This document shows positions 54,801 through 64,000 of a stretch of DNA of 64,000 bases, piece after piece. Each line of letters begins with the position of its first letter. Positions within the stretch are counted from its first letter, which is position 1. Under the pieces are notes generated by a model that saw nothing but the letters and a program-made list of their open reading frames with translations, did not search any database and was not told where the DNA came from. A program made the translations under genes and the position numbers. This DNA is from Felis catus (taxonomy: Eukaryota): the NCBI RefSeq assembly GCF_018350175.1, contig NC_058369.1, forward strand, positions 13,022,001-13,086,000. Reading direction: 5' to 3'.

Positions 54801-57800
54801 TGCAGAGGCCAGGGTGCGTGCTATCACGGGGGGTGGGGCAAGGTCAGCTGGGCGTCATGGAGGGCAGAGAGGGGCTGGGTTTTATCCTGAGGTCCAAGGG
54901 ACCCTGGGGACTTGGAAACAGGGCTGTGATGTGGCCACACAGGTGCAGGCTGGGGCCAGGAGGCCCCCAAGCATGCTGGCCTTGAAAGACTCCTGGTGGA
55001 AACGCCCCCGGGATCCCGACTCACCCAGGAGGTGGGTGTATGACAGTCCTGTCCTGGAGGCATCTTCACCTGGAGAATCCAGGTGGTCACGCGTGCGAAC
55101 CTTGTGCCTCTGGGAACCATGTGTGGCTGTTGGTGACTTTGTCCCTCCTCTGCTGCAGACACACTTGCTCTCCAGGCTGCCCATTCCCGACAGCCAGGTG
55201 ATCACCATTAACCCCCAGCTTCCTGTGGAGGAGGCGGCCGAGGACTATGCCAAGAAGCTGAGACAGGTGAGTCCCACGGTGTGGCCCCAGGGAGGCCTGG
55301 TCCATGCGGTGGTGACGGAGCAGGCCTGTGGGTGGCACTGTATGATTATCACCAGCAAAAACTAGCACCCCCCCCCCCCGCCCCGGGGGTGGTTGCAAAT
55401 ACGCCCCACCCTGGACAGATGCCTTTCAGGACCACCCCCGCTCCCCCTTCCCGGGAGTCCACAGCCCCACCGTTGGGTCCCTGAAGGTAGCCCAGCCTCT
55501 GACACTCTGGGAGCAGGTCTGGGACAGTTGTGTCCCCAGGCTTTTGGCCAGTCACACGGGTGAAATGTGGAGCCTCACAGAGGCCCTTTCATGCAGGTGA
55601 GGCTGCGTGTTGCTCCCTGTGTTACAGCCACCGTCTCTTTGTGTCCTTTGAGCCCCACCCCGCCCCCAACCTCTCAGGACTGTCTTTTCCCCACCCAGGC
55701 CTTCCAAGGGGACGCCATTCCGGTTTTTGACCTGCTGATTCTCGGAGTGGGTCCTGACGGCCACACCTGCTCGCTCTTCCCGGACCACCCCCTCCTCCAG
55801 GTGAGCACACCCACATGGGCCTCTGCCGACTAGAACTTCCGGAGGGAGGACCACTTTTGGGGGACTGGGAGGTGCCCGCAGCAGGGTTTGAGTCAGCCTC
55901 TGCCAACTAGCAAGCCTTAGCCAACTCTGGAGCCTGGGTTTACCCATCTTAAAATGGGGATTTAAATCAAGAACCACAAGATTAATGGTGGGGGCGGGGT
56001 GATGGACTGATGGACAGATCATGCCTGGTGTGTGTGAGTGCTCAAGAAACTGAGGTGACATTCCACCCCGGGGCCTCCCCCCCCAGGAGCGGGAGAAGAT
56101 CGTGGCCCCTCTCAGCGACTCCCCAAAGCCACCACCAGAGCGTGTGACCCTCACGCTTCCTGTGCTAAATGCAGCCCGAACGGTCATTTTTGTGGCGACC
56201 GGAGAAGGCAAGGCAGCTGTTCTGAAGGTAATGGCTGAGGGCCCCGTTCCCAGGAAGGTCATGGCATGTGGGCCCAGGGATGGAATATGGCCCCAGACAT
56301 TATTGTGCTAGAAGCACCAGGCCCCAAGGGACTTGAGTAATTCTTGGTTTGAAGGGGAGATGGCCACTATAATTACAGGCTACTTAGGAATAAATAATTG
56401 TGAAATGAAGTGAAATTGATGAGATGAGGCCAAAGCTGCACTCAGAGGTAAATTTGTAGCTTTAAGGTGTGGTTTCAAAAATTAGTAAATAAGGGCATGA
56501 CTCTTGATCTTGGCGTCCTAAGTTCAAGCCCCACATTGGGTGTAGAGATCTCTTAAAAATACAATTTTTAAAAACATTATTAAATAAAAAAACAGTTAAA
56601 CAAATTGAGTGCTTTACTCTAGACTCAGGAAAAAGAACAATAACAAAAATCCAAGAAAAGTCAGTGGAAGGAATAAGTGACATTGAAGTCAGAAATTAAT
56701 GAGTTGGTTAATATTCTTTTTTTATATGCTTATTTATTTTTGAGAGAGCATAAGCAGGGGAGAGGCAGAGAGAGGAGGACAGAGGATCTGAAGTGGGCTC
56801 TGCGTTGACAGCAGTGAGCCTGATGTGAAGGTTGATTCACGATCCATGAGATCATGACCTGAGTCGAAGGCGGACACTCAATCAACTAAGCCATCCAGGC
56901 ACCCCTGGATTGGCTAATATTCTTAAAAGCTTAATGGTAATAGATCCCAAAGTGAGACCCCTGGCAAAACTAATCAGGGAGGGAAATTATGCAGTAGGAA
57001 TAACTAAACAAGGAGGAATAAGAAAAAAAAGTTTGCTTAATATTTTAGGAACATATAAAACAAGTAAGATATTAGAAATAAACTAAAAAGGGGCGCCTGG
57101 GTGGCTCAGTTGGTTAAGCGACCGACTTTGGCTCGGGTCATGATCTCGCGGTTCGTGAGTTCGAGCCCCGCGTCGAGCTCTGCTGACAGCTCGGAGCCTG
57201 GAGCCTGCTTCGGATTCTATGTTTCCCACTCTCTCTGCCCCTCCTCTCTCTCTCTCTCTCTCTCTCAAAACTAAATAAAACATTGAAAAAACTTTCTAAA
57301 TGTTTATTTTCGAGAGAGAATGTGTGCGTGCGCACATACACACACACACACACACACATGCAGGGGAGGAACAGAGAGAGGGGGACAGGATCTGAAGCAG
57401 GCTCTGCATAGACAGCAGAGAGCCTGATCTGGGGCTCGAACTTGTAAACTGAGATCATGACCTGAGCTGAAGTCAGACACTCAACCCACTGAGCCACCCA
57501 GGCACCCCAGAAATATATATTTTTTTAAATTAATAAGTAATAATTATTCCTCCCAAACTGGTAAGCCCAGATGTCCTCACAGGAGTGGCTTGGGTTGGGA
57601 TTAAGGGTTCAGACTGTAAAAAATCCAACAGGCCAGCATCCCTGCCTGTGATGTCCAGCATGGCCTTGGGCAGCCACTTAAGCCCTCAGGCCTCAACTTT
57701 CCCATCTGCAAGGTGGGTCGGGAGGGCCCTTCCGTGTTGTCCTCCTGAAAATCAGTGCAGCGGTTTTAGCTCAGAGTAGGCTCACGTAAGACTGCCCAAG

Positions 57801-58388
57801 CCTCGGGCTTTCCCTGACTATAAAATGGGGGTGGAAAATGAGGCGACCTCACAGGGCGATGGTCAGAGGAAGTGACAGAGGGCGTGGGGGCAGGCCTGGC
57901 CATCAGAAAGCAGTATTTATAATTCCCACCGATCGTGAGGTCACATCAGGGGATCAGCACACCACAGCCCACGGGCCCACATCCTGCCGCTTGTGACAGC
58001 CGAGCTGAGTAGCTGTGACAGAGACAGGGTACGACCCGCAGAGCCGAAAGAGTGACTCTGATCTGTGCCGGAAAGGTGTGCCGACCCCAGGATCACACAG
58101 TCCCCTGCTGATCGTTTAAAGCCAGGACAGCCGGAAGGGTGACATCACATTCTGAGAGTAGGAGAGTCTTGTCCGTGGGGGGTCCCGGGAGCTCCGAGGG
58201 GTGCTGGGGGTGTGGGTCGGGGGCCTCACGATCCTGCCTTTTTTATGCAGCGCATTTTGGAGGCCAAGGAGGAGAACCCCCTCCCCGCGGCCCTGGTCCA
58301 GCCCCACACGGGGAAACTTTGCTGGTTCCTGGACGAGGCCGCGGCGCGACTCCTGACTGTGCCCTTCGAGAAGCATTCCACTTTGTAG
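51465..58388 (+). CDS. PGLS: 6-phosphogluconolactonase, 258 aa, 5 exons (51465-51752, 55159-55266, 55699-55800, 56087-56227, 58251-58388)
   Basis: [19 protein letters not shown]..., [38 protein letters not shown], ...FEKHSTL*. All introns GT-AG; 777 nt, in frame. Confidence 0.97.
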
Positions 58389-58592
58389 CTGGCCCCGAGG
58401 GACACCGCAGCTGGGACCACAGACGGCCCCCGTGGGCCGGGACCTTCCTGGGCTGGGCCCCGCCGCCCCCGCCGCCGCTCCAGGCTTCGTTTTCGAAAAG
58501 CCGCGTGGTGCCGCCAGAAGCCCCCCGGGGTCCAGCCACCGGCCCGGCCCGGGGGCCCTCAGCCCACCGGCCGTGGCTCTGGGTGACCAGAT

Positions 58593-58598
58593 ATTAAA
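58593..58598 (+). terminator. PGLS polyadenylation signal (variant ATTAAA)
   Basis: ATTAAA ~205 nt after the stop, followed by GT-rich sequence. Confidence 0.7.
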
Positions 58599-59098
58599 GG
58601 GCGCGTGTGCTTGAAGTCTGCACTGTCTCGTGGTCCTTGGTGGGCAGCGGGATCAGGGATGCCCAGGCTGTGCGTGTGACCTAAAGCCTTCGTCCCAGAG
58701 GGTGGAGGGCAGGGATGGACACCCCGGGCTGCCGGAGCAAAGTGCCACAGAATGTGTGGTCCCCCAGAGCAGGAGGTCAGAAGTCTGAAATCGGGGTGTC
58801 AGTAGGGTTGGATCCTTCTGGAGGTTCTGAGGGAGAATCTGTCCCATGCCTTTCTTCTGGGTTTTGGTGGCTGCTGGCTCTCCTTGGCCATCCTTGGCTT
58901 CTAGACACATCACTCTATGTCTGCCTCTGTTGTCCTGTGTCCTCCCTGTGTGTCTGTGTCCTCTCCTGTTCTCGTAGGGACACAGGTCATTGGCTATAGG
59001 ACAACCCTAAATCCAGGATGAATTCTCAAGATCCTTAGGAATTACACCTGCAAATAAGGTCACATTCTGAGGTTCTAGGGGTTAAGGGATGGACATAT

Positions 59099-59100
<2 letters not shown>

Positions 59101-59151
<51 letters not shown>
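59101..59151. repeat. (TG)25 microsatellite
   Basis: Read directly from the sequence. Confidence 0.97.
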
Positions 59152-59153
<2 letters not shown>

Positions 59154-59166
59154 AAAACCAAGTAAT

Positions 59167-59615
59167 GGGGGCTCCTGGGTGCCTCAGTGGGTTAAGCATC
59201 TGACTTCAGCTCAGGTCAGGGTTTCACAGTTTGTGAGTTTGAGCCCCGTGTCGGGCTTTGTGCTGACAGCTCAGAGCCTGGAGCCTGGTTCGGATACGGT
59301 GTCTGTCTTCCTTCCTTCCTTCCTGCCTTCCTTCCTTCCTTCCTGAGAGAGAGACAGACAGAGCACGAGCAGGGAAGGGGCAGAGAGAGAGGGAGACACA
59401 GAATCCCAAGCAGGCTCCAGGCTCTGAGCTGTCGGCACAGAACCCAACGCGGGGCTCGAACCCATCAACTGCCAGAGCCTGACCTGAGCTGAAGTCGACA
59501 CTTAACCGACTGAGCCACCCAGGTGCCCCTCTGTGTCTCCCTCTCTCTGTCCCTCCCCTGCGTGTTCTCTCTCTCTCTCTCTCTCTCAAAAATAAATAAA
59601 CATCTAAAAATAAAA
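59167..59615 (+). mobile_element. CAN-SINE with a nested antisense CAN-SINE (~59305-59529)
   Basis: The sense body is interrupted after CGGATACGGTGTCT and resumes at CTGTGTCTCCCTCTCTCTG. Confidence 0.8.
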
Positions 59616-62600
59616 CCACATAACAAAATTTACCATCTTAACCATTTTTTAAAGTTATTATTTATTTATTTATGTTGAGAGAGAGAACGCACACATGAGC
59701 CAGGGAGGGGCGGAGAGGAAGAGAACCCCAGGCAGGGTCCTCGCTGTCAACACACACACACAGCGCGACTTTGGGGCTCAATCGTGAGATCATGACCTGA
59801 GCCACAAATCAAGGGTCGGACGCTTAACTGACTGAGCCACCCCGGCGCCCCTCATCCTAACCGTTTTTAAGTGTCCCGTGCAGTGGCCTTAAGTACGTCC
59901 ACACTGCTGTGCAGCCGTCCCCGCCCTCCGTCCCCAGAACACTTGTAGATCGGAAACTCTACCCCTGTTAGCTCCCCACGCTGCCCTTTCTCAGACCCTG
60001 GCACCCGCGTTTCTCCTTTCTGTCCCTAGGACTCTGACTACTCTGGGTACCTCCTATGAGTGGAGTCCTACAAGGTGTGTCCTTTTGCGGCTGGCTTATC
60101 TCACTCAGCGTAACGTCCTCACGGTCCCTCCATGTTGCAGCCTGGGCCAGAACTGCCTTCCTTTTCAGGGCCCGGTCCTCTTCCTCTGCGTGCGTGCGTC
60201 ACATTTCTTCCCGTTCGTCTGTCGAGAGACGCTTGGGTTGCTTCCACGCTCTGCTTCTTGTGATAGGGCTGCTGTGAACGTGGGTGTGCAAACGCCTCCC
60301 CAAGAACCTGCTTTCAGTTCTTTGGGGATATTCCTAGAAGTGTAATTATTGAGTCACATGGTAATTCCGTGTTTAGATTTCAAGGAGCCTCCGTAGGGTT
60401 TTCTGTAGCGGCCGTGCCCTTTTATATTCCCGCCAACAGGGCACACGGGTTCTAGTTGCTTCGCATCCTCACAAACGCTCGTTTTGGCTTTTTGATAGCA
60501 GCCTGTGGACACATCCTTTTGGAGCACAGAGTTCAGCCCTTTGTACACTTGACCGGGCTCTCCCGGCACACGTGGGGCCGGCAGCAGCCGCTGTGTCCCC
60601 CTGGGCTGCGGACCTTCTCAGAGCCTTGAATGTGCCAAGACACCTCAGTCTGTGATGTGCCTGCGCCGTAGCATTTTCCCGGAGCGTGACCACGCGTGGG
60701 TCACCTGTCGGCTTTGTGGCGTTAGGGGCTGCAGTGGGGGAGGCTGGTGGGTGCACGGGTGCCTCTCAGCCGTGTTTGAGCTTTGCCACGTTTGGGGGCT
60801 GGGGGCGTCCCGCAGAGGCACCTGATCGGGGCCACGGGGATTGAAACCCCGAAGCCAAAACCGCAGAAACTGAACTTGCCTCCAACGTCTTGTCTGGGTC
60901 AGTCACTCAGATGTGAGAGTGAGGAAGTGGGCCGGGGCCAGAGCGGAAACGTGAAGAAAAGCAGAGAAAGCAACCCAGCCGTGGGCTCGGGCAACAGCAG
61001 GTGGCCGTGACCCCAGTGCTGCAGGCAGAAGGCAGGATGGGGGAGCCAAGAAGCAAAGGGAAGCGATGAGATGGGCATGGGGACGCCATGTGGGGGGCCT
61101 CTCCCCTCTGCTCCTCTCCGCGTAGCCGCAGCGATCCAGACCTGTTTTGTCTGCCCCTCACTTGCGTTCCTCTAGCCCACCCACCTCGGGCTATCCCGGA
61201 ACCTGTCAAGCCCGTTCCCACCCCAGGGCCTTTGCTTGTGCTGTGCCTGCTCCCCAGTATTCTTTTTCCTCCAGCTTTTTGCATGGCTCGGGCTGTCACT
61301 GGCTTTAGGTCATGGCGCAAATCGTGTCCCCGATCCCTCTCCACTCCTGGTATTTTCTGCCTCTTCCTGTTCCAGTTTTCTTCCTCACCCTTCTCGTTAC
61401 CTGACAGTTTTGTTGGTGTGCCAACGGATGGTCCGTGGGGGCTGGACCACGGTCTGCTTTACCCACTTCTGCATCCCTGGCACATAGTTCAAGGATGACA
61501 CTCAGGCTGGCAAGGAGTGATGTTCGTTGACAGAAGAAACGAATCCCAATCCGGGGGCATCGGTGAGGGTTACAATCAGATGTCCCTGGTGGCTTCAACA
61601 AATGGAGGGTTAGCTCTTTTTCTGGAGGGAGGCCACCCAGGGCCGGTGGAGCAATGTCATGAACTCCTGGGGGGGGATCCCCGGTTCCTACATCATAGCT
61701 GTGCCATTGTCGGTATGTGGGTTTCACCTCACGGCCCAAGGTGGACTGCACCTGCTCCGGCCATCACACCCACATTCTGGCCACGTGCACTCAACGCTCT
61801 CCTCATCTGAAAGCCTGCAAAACTCCCATTTGATCATATTTCAGCCTGGAGTGCCGACTCTGCTTCTTCTCTCCCTCCCTCCCTCCCTTCACTAAACTGA
61901 GGGCTGCTGTCTGCTAGGCACTGGAGAGACAGGTTAAGGGGTAGGGAGACCCAACTAACCCAACCCAGTCCAGTGCTATGTGCACTGATGGAGGACAGGC
62001 TGACAAGACAGGAACACAAGGGACATATCCCATCAGTCCATGGCATACCGACAGCTCCCCGCCCTCTCCCCCTGCGCCAGCACTGACCCCAGGAACTGAG
62101 GCTGTCAGGCTGGGGGCTGCTGGGGGCTGGGCCAGGGCCGGATCCTCTCAGAAGCCAGCACCACCCAGCAAGGGGTTGGCAGGGTGGGAGCGGGCACCAG
62201 GATTTAGACACCCCGTCCCTGCCCATCACCCCAACAACAGCTACTGGTCCCACCGGGTGTCTGCCCTGCGTCCCTCCTCCAAAGCCAGCTGGGACTCTTG
62301 TCTTCCATACCCCCAAAGCACCCCCGGGGCTGCCCCAGCAGCCCCTGCAGAAACCAGCAGCTCTGGAGGCCTTGGTCCCAGGAGGACGCAGGTGCAGGGT
62401 GGGGCAGGGCAGGGGTGGGCATTCCCCACTGAGCCCAACAAACGCACACAGTCACTCACGCAGGGGCTATGTTCTGGCTTCGGAGCCCAGGCGGCTGGTC
62501 TCGGCGGCATCCAGGCTGCCCTGCTCCCGGGGTGCCCCTGAGCCCAGAAACCTGGGGGTCGTGGGAGGGAAGGGAGTGTCTGCTTTGCTCTCGAGGGAGC

Positions 62601-62619
62601 CCCCAGTGACTGCAGCAGG

Positions 62620-62674
62620 ATGGGCGGGCGGCCCTCGAGCCCCCTGGACAAGCGGCGGCAACAGCACCTGAGAG
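62620..62674 (+). CDS. NIBAN3: First coding exon of Niban-like protein 3 (FAM129C/BCNP1); the gene continues beyond the window
   Basis: MGGRPSSPLDKRRQQHLR then phase-1 donor AGAG|GTGAGC. Matches the recalled NIBAN3 N-terminus and the conserved position downstream of PGLS. Confidence 0.85.
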
Positions 62675-64000
62675 GTGAGCCGGCACGGGGTGAGGTGGGT
62701 CGGGGGCCAGGTGGGGTTCGGGGCCAAGTTTGTCCGACACGGTGGCTGACCGTAGCAGGATGCCCTACGTTCCAGATAAGCAACGAATATTCTTGTTTTG
62801 TATGAGTATGTCCCACGTTTTGCCTGGGGTACATACTTATGCGAAAAAATGACTCCTCATTTCTCTGAATTTCTTCTGAATTTCTCTGAAATTCAAATTT
62901 CATCGGCGTCCTGTACTTTTACTCGGTAAATCTGGTAGCTCTATTCAGGGCGTGGGTTTGGGGTGAGGGCGGGGGCCAGGTGGGAGGTGTCCCAAGCCCA
63001 GCCAGACCTCCTGGGACGAGCTTTCTGCGGGGGACACGGTGGGGTGGAGAATCCTTCCGCCCTCCTGGGCTCGTGATCTAGACCAGGAAGGAAAGCCAAG
63101 TTATCATTTCAAGAATGGCAGTTGATTGGTGAGCACGGCGGAGAACCCCCACGCTCCCCACATCAGGGGAAGAAGGAGGGGTGGGCAACTGCCCACTGAG
63201 ATGAGGGCCAAGCCGGGGCTGGAGGGACGTGACGGAGTTGGTGGGCAGATGTGGGAAGAGCATCCCAGATAGGGGGAACAGCATGTGCACCGGCATGTGG
63301 CATGTCTTACCAACACCCAGACCATCCAAGTTCACCCCACGGCCACTTACTGTGTGACCTTGGGTGAATGACTTCATCTCCTAGGTCTCATTCTCTTATC
63401 TGCAAAACAGGGATAGCAACAATCCCTATCTCATGGAACCATTGTAAGGATTCAGTAAGTTACTCTATGCCGTGTTTTTCTTTTTCTTTTCCTGTAGGGG
63501 CTTAAACAAGATAAAGATTTATTTCTCTCTCCTATGGGGAGGTACAGTGGCAGGCAGGCTGATACAAGTTAGACACCTGAACTCCTTCGCTTCATCATTC
63601 TCCCATGCGTGGCTTTTGTGCCTAAGGCCACCTCATGCTGCATAATGCCTGCTGATGCTCCGGCCGTTGGGTCCACATTCCAGGCAGCAGGATGGATTCA
63701 TGTTTTACATTCAGCCAAGTGCACACATCTTAGCGAAACCGCTTGGCGGACTTTAACACTTGTGTGGTCGCTTCCTAGATCGGGTCGCCCCAGAAAATTC
63801 CCTGGTGCTAGGGTGAGGCTCTTAAAAGATTTTGAAAACCTCCCCGTGGAAGGGGCAAGAGGGAACTCGGGTGGGATGGCTCCGTTCACCACCTCGATTG
63901 TGGCGAGGGTTTCTTGGGCTGTAAAGGTGTCAGAGCTCATCAGATCGGATGCTCTATACGATTAAAATTTATTGTGCGTCTGTTATGAATTAGGCCCGAG

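Overview
This is mammalian genomic DNA from a cat-family (Felidae/Feliformia) carnivore, judged from the dense tRNA-derived CAN-SINEs of feline type. It carries the conserved gene run NXNL1 (minus strand, 2 coding exons; 218-aa RdCVFL plus the 109-aa intron-read-through RdCVF), SLC27A1/FATP1 (plus, 12 coding exons, 646 aa), PGLS (plus, 5 exons, 258 aa) and the first coding exon of NIBAN3/FAM129C. I reconstructed the exons by hand from splice sites, and the summed lengths close in frame (657, 1941 and 777 nt). The rest is SINE, L1, L2, LTR and DNA-transposon remnants plus microsatellites. I found no convincing new biological system, and most ORFs in the track are repeat-derived or GC-rich noise. 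The most interesting unexplained items are: a 91%-identical, frame-intact partial copy of SLC27A1 exon 2 lying 1.88 kb upstream of the real exon; a GC-AG intron and two in-frame stop-free mini-introns in SLC27A1; a twin-primed, 5'-inverted L1 lacking its RT FADD motif; a candidate intronic polyA signal for short RdCVF; an LTR-borne DR1/PPRE-like motif; and strongly GC-shifted old L1 copies that suggest local biased gene conversion. Repeat family names and most repeat boundaries are approximate and come from recall.
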